DNA of 64,000 nucleotides from the NCBI GenBank assembly GCA_035476575.1, contig DATILL010000150.1:5139-69138 (forward strand). The letters are read 5' to 3'. Position numbers and translations under genes: made by a program. The stretch comes from Mycobacteriales bacterium. Its GTDB lineage: Bacteria > Actinomycetota > Actinomycetes > Mycobacteriales > JACQDL01. Below, piece by piece: positions 1 through 15,578 of this stretch. A model generated the notes under the pieces. That model worked only from the letters and a program-made list of their open reading frames with translations. It was not told the DNA's origin and made no database searches. The stretch's first letter is position 1; every line of letters begins with the position of its first letter.

Positions 1-339
1 CAGCCCGACGCCGATAAACAGGGTCGGCGACGGCTCCAGCAGGTACGCCTCAAGCACCGAGGCCGCCAGCACCCCCAGCACACCACCGGTGAGGAACGTG
101 CTGAACACCAGCAACGGCGTCAGCTCCCCGGTGTCGCTGCGCTCGAACGCCCACGCCACGAACGTCACCGGCACCAGGAAGCTGCCGAGCAGCACCAGAG
201 TCGGGACCAGGTTCGGGCTGCCCGTGGCGAAGATGACCACCACCGTGGCCACCCACAGACCCAGGCCGCTCAGGAAGATCCGCAACCAGGGCCGCCGCGA
301 CCGCGTCCGGCTCACCCGGTTGACTCCCACCTCCATCAT
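1..339 (-). CDS. PrsW-like intramembrane protease, N-terminal part (gene continues past window start)
   Basis: Own minus-strand translation: MMEVGVNRVSRTRSRRPWLRIFLSGLGLWVATVVVIFATGSPNLVPTLVLLGSFLVPVTFVAWAFER... It is multi-TM and resembles PrsW-family N-termini. GAAGGGG lies upstream of ATG 339. Absent from the ORF track because it is open at the edge. Confidence 0.45.
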   Translation of the reverse strand, partial: MMEVGVNRVSRTRSRRPWLRIFLSGLGLWVATVVVIFATGSPNLVPTLVLLGSFLVPVTFVAWAFERSDTGELTPLLVFSTFLTGGVLGVLAASVLEAYLLEPSPTLFIGVGL

Positions 340-358
340 CGCTGCCCCTTCCGTCGTC

Positions 359-940
359 TCAGGCGGTTGCCGGTCGGCCGGCGCCGGCTTCCGCCGCCCC
401 GCCCTGGTAGATCTTGCGCAGGCGCAGGGAGAGCACGATGAGCGCGACGCCGAACACCACTGCGTAGATGCCGATCAGCCAGACGACCGTGACCGCGCCG
501 GCGGTCGGCCAGACGATCAGCAGGATCCCGAACACCACCGACAGCACACCGCTGAGTGCGAGCAGCCACTCGCCCTCCATCTCACGTCGGAGGCGGACCG
601 CCGCGACGATCTCCAGGACGCCGGTCACCAGCACCCAGGCCGCGATCAGCCACAGCAGGGCCAGCGTCGTGATGCCGGGCCACACGAACGTGATCACACC
701 GGTGAGCACACCGGCCACACCCTCCAGCGCCAGCCAGAGGCGGCGTCCCCCGGCGGACCGGCCGCCGAATATCGCCGTCACGAGCGCCAGTACGCCATCG
801 ACGAGCGCGTACGCTCCGAACAGCAGCACCAGCACGGTGACGGTGATCGCGGGCCAGATAATGGCCATCAGGCCGAACAGCACGGCGGCGACGCCGCGGA
901 CGGCGACGACCCACCAGTACCGGGCGAGTGTCTCCAGCAT
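359..940 (-). CDS. HdeD/DUF308 family membrane protein
   Basis: 193 aa from ATG 940, inside track ORF 359..1639: MLETLARYWWVVAVRGVAAVLFGLMAIIWP... Repeated hydrophobic helices with the DUF308 pattern. Confidence 0.7.
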   Translation of the reverse strand: MLETLARYWWVVAVRGVAAVLFGLMAIIWPAITVTVLVLLFGAYALVDGVLALVTAIFGGRSAGGRRLWLALEGVAGVLTGVITFVWPGITTLALLWLIAAWVLVTGVLEIVAAVRLRREMEGEWLLALSGVLSVVFGILLIVWPTAGAVTVVWLIGIYAVVFGVALIVLSLRLRKIYQGGAAEAGAGRPATA

Positions 941-974
941 GTCGATCTCCGTTCGTCGATCGGGGGCTGGGGGG

Positions 975-2657
975 CTACTGGCCGGCGGAGCGGCCGGTCC
1001 AGGCGAGGTGCTCGTGGATGAGGCGAACGGCCATGGAGCCCTCGCCGACCGCTGACGCGACCCGTTTGATCGATCCGCTCCGGACATCGCCCACCGCCAG
1101 TACGCCGGGGCGATTGGTGTCGAGGAGGGAAGGCTGCCGGCCGGCCGGCCGGGACGCGTCGCCCGCGACGGCGGCCGGCCCGGTGCGGACATATCCATGG
1201 TCGTCGAGCGCGACGGCATCCCCCAACCAACCGGTGCAGGGATGTGCGCCGATGAAGATGAAGAGCAGCTCCGTCGCCAGATGCCGGCGTTGCCCGGTGT
1301 GGTTGTCCTCGACGACCAGCGCTTCGAGCTGCCCGTGTTCGCCGACGGGCTGGCGGACCTCGATGTTGCGCAGAACCTCCACGCGCGGGCTGCGCTCGAT
1401 CTGGTCGACCAGGTAGCGGGACATGTCCCGGGCCAGGTCGTCGTGGCGGACGAGCAGGTACACCCGGGAGGCGTGCTGGGCCAGGTAGACGGTGGCCTGG
1501 CCGGCGGAGTTGCCGCCGCCGACGACCGCGACCGGCCGCCGGTGGCAGCTCTGCGCCTCCACCAGGGTGGCCGCGTAGTACACGCTGGTGCCCTCGAACC
1601 CCGCCAGGCGGGGCACGTCGAGCTTGCGGTAGCGGGCACCGGTCGCGATCACGACCGTCCGGCTACGCAGCCGCGTACCGTCGTTCAGGCGTACCGCGTA
1701 GTGGCCGTCGCTGCGCTCCAGGCCTGCGGCCTCCACGGGCACGCTGATGGTGGCGCCGAACTTCGTGGCCTGGATGAATGCGCGGTCGGCGAGCTCCGCC
1801 CCGGAGATGCCGGCGGGGAAGCCGAGGTAGTTCTCGATCCGCGACGAGGTGCCCGCCTGTCCGCCCGCGGCGACCGCGTCGAGCACGATCGTGGAGAGCC
1901 CTTCCGAAGCGCCGTAAACCGCGGCGGCCAGGCCGGCGGGGCCCGCGCCCACCACGACGAGGTCGCATAGCGCGTCGGCGGCGCTCGGCGGCGGCAGGCC
2001 GATCGCCCGCGCCAGGTCGACGTTGCCGGGGTTGCGCAGCACCCGCCCGTCGGACCAGATCACCACGGGCGTCTCCGGTGGAGTGACGCCGAGCTGGCGC
2101 AGCAACGCCTCCGCGCCCGGATCGTCCTCCAGGTCGATCCAGCGGTGCGGCAGCCGGTTGCGGGCGGCGAACTCGCGCAGCCGCCGGCTGTCGGCCGAGT
2201 ACCGCGACCCGACGATGCGGAAGCCGACCCCATGCCCGATCAGCAGCTCGCGGCGCAGCAGGTAGGCCCGCAGGATCAGGTCGCCGAGTCGCGGATCGTG
2301 CGCCACCTGCTCGCGCAGGGCGGTCACCGGGACCGCGAGCACCTCGCCGGGCTCGCAGACCACCGACGAGACGAACGAGGGCTGCCCGGTGAGCAGGCCC
2401 AACTCGTCGAGGAAGCGCCCCGGCCCGTGGACCCGGATCACCCGCTCCTCGCCGGTGTCCAGCCCCTCGATCACCGCGACCTTCCCTGCCAGGACGACGA
2501 AGAAGTCCCGGTCGTGCTGGCCCTCCCGGACCAACACCTCACCGGCGCGGGTATGCCACCGGCGGCCGCACCCGGAAAGCGCGGCGATGTGCTCCTCGCC
2601 AAGGCGGGGAAAGGCCCCGCAGGTATCGGACGTCTCGGCGAGTGGCTGCTCGTGCAT
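975..2657 (-). CDS. cyclic-nucleotide-binding domain fused to a thioredoxin-reductase-like FAD-dependent pyridine nucleotide-disulfide oxidoreductase
   Basis: 560 aa from ATG 2657, with AGGAGG upstream. The N-terminus is cNMP-like (VLVREGQHDRDFFVVLAGKVAV..GPGRFLDELGLL). Then VVVGAGPAGLAAAVY, GGGNSAGQA and AVGDVRSG motifs. The upstream 155 aa of the track ORF overlap the trx gene and are discounted. Confidence 0.85.
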   Translation of the reverse strand: MHEQPLAETSDTCGAFPRLGEEHIAALSGCGRRWHTRAGEVLVREGQHDRDFFVVLAGKVAVIEGLDTGEERVIRVHGPGRFLDELGLLTGQPSFVSSVVCEPGEVLAVPVTALREQVAHDPRLGDLILRAYLLRRELLIGHGVGFRIVGSRYSADSRRLREFAARNRLPHRWIDLEDDPGAEALLRQLGVTPPETPVVIWSDGRVLRNPGNVDLARAIGLPPPSAADALCDLVVVGAGPAGLAAAVYGASEGLSTIVLDAVAAGGQAGTSSRIENYLGFPAGISGAELADRAFIQATKFGATISVPVEAAGLERSDGHYAVRLNDGTRLRSRTVVIATGARYRKLDVPRLAGFEGTSVYYAATLVEAQSCHRRPVAVVGGGNSAGQATVYLAQHASRVYLLVRHDDLARDMSRYLVDQIERSPRVEVLRNIEVRQPVGEHGQLEALVVEDNHTGQRRHLATELLFIFIGAHPCTGWLGDAVALDDHGYVRTGPAAVAGDASRPAGRQPSLLDTNRPGVLAVGDVRSGSIKRVASAVGEGSMAVRLIHEHLAWTGRSAGQ

Positions 2658-2686
2658 GTTCGACGCCTCCTGATTCGTTCGCTCGC

Positions 2687-3112
2687 TCACGGCGACTTCG
2701 CGAGCGTGTCGTCGATCCAGGCTCGCAGTGTCGCCACCGGTGCGGCGCCGGCCTTGCGGGCGAGGACCTGCCCGCCACGCATGACCATCAGCGTGGGCAC
2801 GGCCTGCACCGCGAACCGCTCGGCCAGCTTGGGTGCGGCGTCCACATTGATCTTCACGAGCTTCACCCGGCCAGCCAGCTCCCGGGCCACCTGCTCCAGC
2901 GCCGGGCTCACCCGCCGGCACGGCCCGCACCACGGCGCCCACAGGTCGACCACCACCGGGATCGAGGCGGCCTCGGCGACCTCGTGGAAGTCGTCGTCGC
3001 CCGCGTCGGCCACCCACGGCAGCGCGGCCTTGCAATGGCCGCAACGCGGGCCTCCGGTCGCCGCCGCCGGCACCCGGTTCTTCCGGCCGCAGTTGGGGCA
3101 CTGGATCACCAT
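2687..3112 (-). CDS. trxC: thioredoxin with N-terminal zinc-finger (thioredoxin-2 type)
   Basis: 141 aa. CPNC..CGHC at the N-terminus plus the WCGPC active site. Confidence 0.85.
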   Translation of the reverse strand: MVIQCPNCGRKNRVPAAATGGPRCGHCKAALPWVADAGDDDFHEVAEAASIPVVVDLWAPWCGPCRRVSPALEQVARELAGRVKLVKINVDAAPKLAERFAVQAVPTLMVMRGGQVLARKAGAAPVATLRAWIDDTLAKSP

Positions 3113-3125
3113 GATCGCGCACCTC

Positions 3126-7604
<4,479 letters not shown>

Positions 7605-7608
7605 GGCG

Positions 7609-9492
<1,884 letters not shown>

Positions 9493-9764
9493 GACATTTC
9501 CTCCGCATCTCGTCGCCTACGACCCGATGGCGGGCGACGACCGCGCTGCCTGGGCCGTATCGGGCACGGGCCACCGCGAGCACAGGTACGGCCCGGCGCG
9601 TCGCTGAACGCCGTCCGCCCATTCTAGATCCAGGTTTGCCGAGTCGGCGGTGCCCGGCATCCCGCGGTCGCGTAGTTATCCGGCGGGCATCCTCGTCGCT
9701 ACTGACATGGCGACCCCGGCCCGTGGGTACTCCTCATGGATGTCGAGCCGGGCAGGCGATTGCC

Positions 9765-11845
9765 ATGCAGACCAGGCCAGCACAGTCGAGTCAACGCGCC
9801 GTCCGCCCGCCCGGCCGCCTCCCGGCTCCGCTGCGGCCGCTCTCCGCGGGAGCGGTCCAACTGCTAGAGGTCGCCGCGGTGTTCGACGCGCCGTTCTCGG
9901 TCGAGGATGTCGCCGAGGTGCTCGGTGAGCCGGTCGGCAGGATCCTTCCGGCGCTGCGGGAAGCGCTCGCCGCCGCAGTGGTCGTTCCAAGCGCGGATCT
10001 CATCGCGTACGGCTCGCAGCAGGTGCGCCGGGCGGCTGTGGCCCGGATCCCGCAACCCATCCGGCTGGCCCTGCATCGACAGGTCGGTATGGTGCTGCTC
10101 GCGCGCGGCGAATCGGCGGTGCGCGCCGTGCCACACCTCCTCCAGAGCGTGCGGCCCGGTGACCGCCAGACGCTGGCCGCGTTCGACCGGGGGGCCCGGG
10201 AGCTGACCGCGAGCGCGCCGGAGATCGCAGCCAACCTCGCGCTGCACGTTCTGCGACTGACCGACCCCACCGACGCCGAGCACCTGCCGCGCAGCGAGAT
10301 CGCGATCGACGCGCTCGTGGCCGCGCGGCGCGTCGCCGAGGCCGAAGCGCTCGCCCGGCACGCGCTCGGCCATGCCCTGTCGTCGGCCGAGGGGGCGGCC
10401 CGGATCCGCCTCACGCTCGCCGGCATCCTGTTCGTCGGTGGAGAGCCCGAGGCCGCGGTGGCCGAGGCAGAAGCCGTGCTTGCCACCGGCTGCCTGCCCG
10501 AGGAGCTATACGACGCCGCCGAGCTGGCCCGACTGCACGCCCTGCTGGCCCTGCACGACGTCATCCGGGCGAAGGTGACCGCCGAGGCCATCCTCGCCGG
10601 TGACGCGCGGGGGGTCGGCGACACCGCCCTCGCGGCGGCCATCCGGACCCTCGCCTGGATCGCGTGGGACCAGGGTCGCGCGGCCGCCGCCGTGGGCCTG
10701 GCCCGGGCCGCGGTACGGCGGGCGGCTCGGGCTCCGGCCCGCGGGCAATACCGGGGTCTGGGACTGGCGTCGATGCTCATCGCCCTGGGCGACTTCGACG
10801 AAGCGGCCGGCTGTCTCAAGCGGGCGACCGAGGAGATCGAGCGGCTCGCCGATCCGCTGTGGGAGATCGTCCCCCCGCTGTTCGCCGCGCGCCTGGGCCT
10901 CGCGGCCGGCCGGCTCGACGACGCCCTGGCGCACGCCCGGCTCGTCCTGGAGATCGCGACCGAAGCCGGCACCCGGATGTTCGTCCCGCTGGCGTACGCC
11001 ACCGTGGCGCAGGTGGCGTTGCTGCGCGGCGACCTGCGCGAAGCCAGCGAGTACGCCGAACGCTGCCGGGGCGAGCCCGCCGCCGGACGGGTGCGGTTCG
11101 GCACGGCCACGTACGCCTGGACCCACGCCCGCGTCGCCGAGGCCGAAGGCGGCCCGGCGGCGGCCATGGCGGTGCTGGGCGAGCAGTACGAGCCGCTGCC
11201 GACCGAGCCGATCCTCCTCGTGGAGGAGCCGTGCGCGGCGTCCTGGCTGACCCGCGTCGCGCTCGGGGTCGGCGACCGGGACCGCGCCGAGATGGTCGCC
11301 GCCTGCGCCAACCAGCTCGCCGCGAACAACCCCGAGCTGCCGTCGATCGCGGCCGCCGCCACCCACGCCCGCGGCCTGCTGGACCGCGACGCCGCGGCGT
11401 TCGAGCACGCGGCGACCGGCTACCGGCACCCGTGGGCGGTGGCCTCCGCGCTGGAGGACGCTGGCGTGGCCGCTGCCGCGACGGCGACCAGACGGCGGCT
11501 CGCGGCGCGTTCAGCCGGGCCCTAACGGCGTACGACCGGGCAGGCGCCGACCGGGACGCGGCACGCCTGCGCGCCCGGCTGCGCGACCTAGGGGTCCGGT
11601 ACTGCCACTGGACCCGGGCGGAGCGCCCCGCGACGGGCTGGACCAGCCTCACCGAAACCGAGCGGCAGGTTGCCTACGTCGTCTCGGAAGGGCTCACGAA
11701 CGCCCAGGCGGCCGGGCGGCTCTTCGTGTCGAGGCACACCATCGACTTCCACCTCCGCAAGATCTTCCGCAAGCTCGGCGTCCATTCCCGGATGGAGCTG
11801 GCCCGGCTCGTCCTGCAGCGCGCCGGGGAGCCCGGTACGCCATAG
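9765..11845 (+). pseudogene. large LuxR-family regulator (TPR-like body + C-terminal HTH), split by an apparent 1-nt frameshift near 11478-11482
   Basis: Frame A ends ..HPWAVASALEDAGVAAAATATRRRLAARSAGP* at 11525. Frame B continues with the expected DGDQTAARGAFSRALTAYDRAGADRDAARLRARLRDLGVR..LTETERQVAYVVSEGLTNAQAAGRLFVSRHTIDFHLRKIFRKLGV (stop 11845). Frame B has no plausible independent start. Confidence 0.7.
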
Positions 11846-12533
11846 CACGGCGACGGATACCGGCCGCCGGGCGCAGCGCTCGTGGGGAGACAGACGAGCC
11901 CGGTCCCGGCGGCCGGTATGTTCAGGTGCGGCCGCGTACACACTCAGCTCCGCGGGCCGGCACTCAGACTGGCGCTCAGCTCCCGGCGGTCGCCGACCGG
12001 TGCCGGAGGTGTACGGCGGGTGCTGTTCGCGCCAGGCTTCGGCGAGCAACAGGACACCGGCGACGATCGCGTAGACGCCTATCACCACCGCGAGCGCGAC
12101 GGCGCCGATCGTGGGCCGCAGCAGGATCAGGACGCCGGCCACGATGGAGGCGACACCGGTCAGGAGCAGCAGCCACTGTCCGCGTACCCGGGTGGCGAGC
12201 CGGATGTCCATGGCGCTGGTGACCAGGGCCCACGCGCCGACCAGGACCACCAGCGCCAGGTGCGGTGATGTGTCGGACCAGACCCAGGCCACCACTGCGG
12301 CGACCACGCTCAGCAACCCCAAGACGACGTACGCCGGGCGCCGGGCGCCGTTCCGCACCCGGCGGAAAGCGCCTACCGGTATCGCGACACCGGTGCCGAA
12401 CGCGTACGCGCCGAACAGCAGAGCCAGTACCACCACCGTCACGTCAGGCCACAGCAGGGACCAGCGCGCCGAATACGATCGCGGCGATCCCGCGAAGGAC
12501 CAGCAGCCATCCGTGCCTGTTCCATCCCGTCAC
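11588..12533 (-). pseudogene. HdeD/DUF308-like membrane protein, 5' frameshift and suspicious 3' extension
   Basis: GTG 12533 opens VTGWNRHGWLLVLRGIAAIVFGALV, the expected first helix, which stops at 12446. The body (LLWPDVTVVVLALLFGAYAFGTG.., track ORF 11588..12442) is in another frame. The shift sits at the C-run near 12457-12461. The last ~85 codons overlap the LuxR HTH region antisense. Confidence 0.55.
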
Positions 12534-12733
12534 CTCTCATCCGCCTATCCGCGTTCGGACCGGGGGATCGACGTCCAGCCTCGGTGCCGCACGGGTGAGC
12601 GGGAACTCGCCCGAGGAGGATGAACGCCGGCGCGGGGCTGACGGGTTCGTCCCACCCGGGGATCGCATCTCACCCGTCGGGCGAAACCGTCGGTGGAGAC
12701 ACATGACGTGCCACAGCCTGGGAGGCGACACCG

Positions 12734-12915
12734 ATGAGCGCACCGACGACAACCCGGACGGACGAACAGATCCAGCTCGACAACGCACCGACACGGACAT
12801 CGCCGCCGCCGCGGCGCGGGCGCTCGCGTGGGACGCCTTCGTGCCCGAGGACAAGGTGAGCGTGACCGTCTCCAATGGATGGGTCACGCTCAAGGACGAG
12901 GTCGACTGGGAGTCC
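12734..12915 (+). pseudogene. BON-domain protein fragment (frameshifted and truncated)
   Basis: GGGAGG-N8-ATG 12734 gives MSAPTTTRTDEQIQLD, then stops. The typical continuation DIAAAAARALAWDAFVPEDKVSVTVSNGWVTLKDEVDWE is in another frame, and homology ends at about 12915. Confidence 0.5.
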
Positions 12916-13574
12916 TCGCCGGCTCGGGTGCGGGCGGCGGCGAGTTCATGCTCGGCGGTCACCTCACCGGTACAGGCCGCACCCAGGAGGGCGTAGGCCA
13001 GGTCCGGGCCGCCGAGGGCATCGGTCAGCCACCACGCCGCCATCACCACCGCGACGCGAGCGACCACTGACAGGGCCTGTTCGCGTTCGGTCATGATCCG
13101 AAGCGCCGCCAACCGCTGAGGAGCCGGCACCCGACGAACACCGCGCGGCTCACGGACGGCGCTGCACGACAAGCTCGGCGAGGCGCTGTACCTCGTCCAG
13201 CAGATCGACCGGTCCGCGGACTGACGCTCGGCAGCCGGCCAGCACGGCCGGCCCGCGTGACGCTGGGTCGTCGACATCGAGGTGGATGTCGAGGTACGAG
13301 TAGCGCTGGCCGATCGCCCGACCAGCGCACCGTCGGCCCGGCCCGTCATGTCGGTCCATGTGACCCTGCGACAGGCCGTGTTGGCTCGCATGTCGCCGAG
13401 CCAAATGGGGGTCGGTCTGGCACTAATAAATGATCACCGGGGCTGAAGGCGCGACGGTCTCCGGGGTGAACTCGACGAAGTACTTGCCGGCGGGTGAACA
13501 GGTTGGCGCCGTCGGCCTGGGTGAGGAACCCCTCCAGCGGCGGGCGTGGCGCACACCCGCTTCAACCTGTGCTG

Positions 13575-13937
13575 GCAAGGCGGTCAGTGCTACCTCGAAG
13601 TTCACTCGTCAGACCGAAACTTCGCTGGCTCTGGTCGCGTCGCGCCCGCCTGCGCGCCCATCTGGAGCAGTGCACCGCCCGCGCCCAGGCCCTCAGCATC
13701 AAGCTCAGTCCGGACGCCTTCGTCTTCTCACCCGCACCGGACGGCACCGAGCCGACGAAGCTCGACACCGTCACCCAGAAGTACGCCAGGATGGCCGCTA
13801 AGCTCGGCATCGACACCCATCTGCACAACCTGCGCCACTACTCCGCCACCGAGCTGATCGCCGCCGGTGTCGACATCCGCACCGTCGCCGGCCGCCTCGG
13901 CCACGGCGGCGGTGGAGCCACCACCCTCCGCGTATAC
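13575..13937 (+). pseudogene. tyrosine recombinase/integrase, C-terminal fragment cut by IS insertion
   Basis: ..DAFVFSPAPDGTEPTKLDTVTQKYARMAAKLGIDTHLHNLRHYSATELIAAGVDIRTVAGRLGHGGGGATTLRVY, then the IS inverted repeat. The N-terminal domains are absent and there is a frame change near 13630. Confidence 0.65.
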
Positions 13938-15353
13938 GGGCTCTTCGCATCTGGCTGGGTAGTGTGTTCAGGCTGCTACTGGTTGTGAGGTGGTGGTTGT
14001 GACGGTGTGTAGCCGTTCGGGGCGGGTGGAGCGGGAGGCGGTGTAGTGGGAGCGGCGTTGCTGGTTGGTGACGTCGGTCAGGCCGAAGGCTGTTCTGTAG
14101 ACGGGCTTGATGAGGTGGTTGACGCCCTCTGCGGCGGTGTTGCTGTGTCCGGTGAGCACGGCGCGGGCGGTCTCGGCGCGCCGGGTGGAGACGGTCTCGG
14201 CGAGGGTCTGGATCTCCGGGACGGTGGCGCCGGTGGTGGCGGCGAAGTCGAAGAACGTCTCCAGCGCCGTGGTGACCTGCTCGCGGGTGGCAGCGAGGCC
14301 GGTGCGGTTGGGGGAGAGTTTGGCCTGGTCGCGGAGTGGTTCCTTGGCGCGCCAGGCGGCGCCGGTCTGCTGGCCGTCTTCGCCGAGGTCGGCCAGCGCG
14401 CACAGCAGCTTGTGCCGGGCGGTGGTGGACAGCCGCTCCTGGCCGCGGCGGAGCAGGTTCTTGATGGTGTGCTCCAGGTCACCGGCCCGTTCGCGGCGGG
14501 GGTAGGTGAGGCGGCGGCGCACGTCACCGACGGTCTTGTTGGCCAGCTGCGCCAGGTGGAACGGATCGACGACCAGCCGCGCGTTGGGCAGCAGGCCGCT
14601 GCCGAGGACGGCGGACTTGTACACCGTGGACATGTCGATGCTCACCCAGCGGATGCCGGCCCGCCAGGCCGGGTCGGTCCCGGCCAGCCAGCCGGTCACG
14701 CCGGCCTTGGCCCGGCCCTGGACCTGGCCGAGCAGCCCGTGCCCGCCCGCGGGGCCGACGAGCACACTCTGCCAGCGGTCGGCGTCGGCCACCCACGCCC
14801 CGCTGGCCGCATCGCGGTGGTACAACGGCTTGCCACCTCGATGGTCGCCGGTCCCGAGCACCTCCACCGGCGGCAGCAGCCCGCTCACCGATCGGCGGAC
14901 TCGGGTGGCCGGGCCAGCCTCGGCAGGACAGGCGCCCCCGCAGGCCTCGGTCCGGGCGCCGCTGTCGGTCTCGGCGTCGCCGTCGCTGTCGGTCTGGGCG
15001 TCGGCCGTGGTGTCGGTGAGGTGGATGCCCGCCTCGGCGGCCACCCCGGACACCACGCCTGCTGACCGGATGCGGTCCTCACGTGCACCGTCCAAGACCC
15101 GTCAACCTCCCGTTCCACGACCTCGACCTCGACTCCGCTCAGCCCCAGCAGCTCGGCCAGTGCAGCACCCTGCGACACGCGCCCGCCCGCCCATCCGCCC
15201 GATGATCCTTGATCTTGTCGGACGAAGATCATCCTGGATGGGTGGGCGCGTTCCTGTCCGACACGCCAACACGACACCAACCACAGACCATGACAACCGG
15301 CGATCACTACAAGGGTGCGACCGATTACAGAATCCAGCTCACTGCGTAGAGCC
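13938..15353. mobile_element. ISL3-family insertion sequence (about 1.4 kb), probably defective
   Basis: Imperfect terminal inverted repeats, about 22/34 matched: GGCTCTTCGCATCTGGCTGG.. at 13938, and the reverse complement of 15353 is GGCTCTACGCAGTGAGCTGG.. No matching 8-bp target duplication (CGTATACG vs ATCAGGCG). Confidence 0.7.
13968..15095 (-). CDS. ISL3-family transposase (likely N-terminally disrupted)
   Basis: 375-aa ORF: ..GLLGQVQGRAKAGVTGWLAGTDPAWRAGIRWVSIDMSTVYKSAV..VVDPFHLAQLANK..NTAAEGVNHLIK. The expected N-terminal piece (LLGLSGVEVEVVEREVDGSWTVHVRT) lies in another frame at 15096-15250. Confidence 0.75.
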   Translation of the reverse strand: MDGAREDRIRSAGVVSGVAAEAGIHLTDTTADAQTDSDGDAETDSGARTEACGGACPAEAGPATRVRRSVSGLLPPVEVLGTGDHRGGKPLYHRDAASGAWVADADRWQSVLVGPAGGHGLLGQVQGRAKAGVTGWLAGTDPAWRAGIRWVSIDMSTVYKSAVLGSGLLPNARLVVDPFHLAQLANKTVGDVRRRLTYPRRERAGDLEHTIKNLLRRGQERLSTTARHKLLCALADLGEDGQQTGAAWRAKEPLRDQAKLSPNRTGLAATREQVTTALETFFDFAATTGATVPEIQTLAETVSTRRAETARAVLTGHSNTAAEGVNHLIKPVYRTAFGLTDVTNQQRRSHYTASRSTRPERLHTVTTTTSQPVAA

Positions 15354-15375
15354 ATCAGGCGGGGGGAGTCGCCCG

Positions 15376-15552
15376 GTGCCCAACGTGCTAGGACCCGTCC
15401 GTCCATTCGCCGCGACGCTCGGGGTGCGGCCCATCGAGCTGGGGAAGCACGACACGAAGGCGTCGAAGGTCACGAAGATTGAGGCGACCAAGCAGAATCT
15501 CGACAACAAAGAGGTCCCGGACACCATCCAGAAGGTCGAGACTGACACCTGA
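15376..15552 (+). CDS. candidate graspetide (ATP-grasp-modified RiPP) precursor peptide
   Basis: GGGGGAG-N8-GTG 15376. 58 aa: MPNVLGPVRPFAATLGVRPIELGKHDTKASKVTKIEATKQNLDNKEVPDTIQKVETDT. 21 of the last 35 residues are T/S/K/D/E. Sits directly upstream of an ATP-grasp ORF. Confidence 0.5.
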   Translation: MPNVLGPVRPFAATLGVRPIELGKHDTKASKVTKIEATKQNLDNKEVPDTIQKVETDT

Positions 15553-15578
15553 TGCGTCGGCCCTGAACGGAATGTGCA

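Noticed and set aside
9493-9764. Searched the dnaK upstream region for an HspR HAIR operator (CTTGAGT-N7-ACTCAAG) and a clear promoter.
   Set aside because: No HAIR-like sequence is seen. Only a TAGAAT hexamer (complement of 9621-9626) without a convincing -35, and a short GCCGA-G-TCGGC palindrome. That is too weak to call.
11470-11490. Programmed -1 ribosomal frameshifting as an explanation for the split LuxR gene.
   Set aside because: There is no X-XXY-YYZ slippery heptamer at the junction (GCCGCTGCCGCGACGGCGACC) and no obvious downstream pseudoknot or hairpin. Neighbouring genes are also broken, which favours decay or a base-call error.
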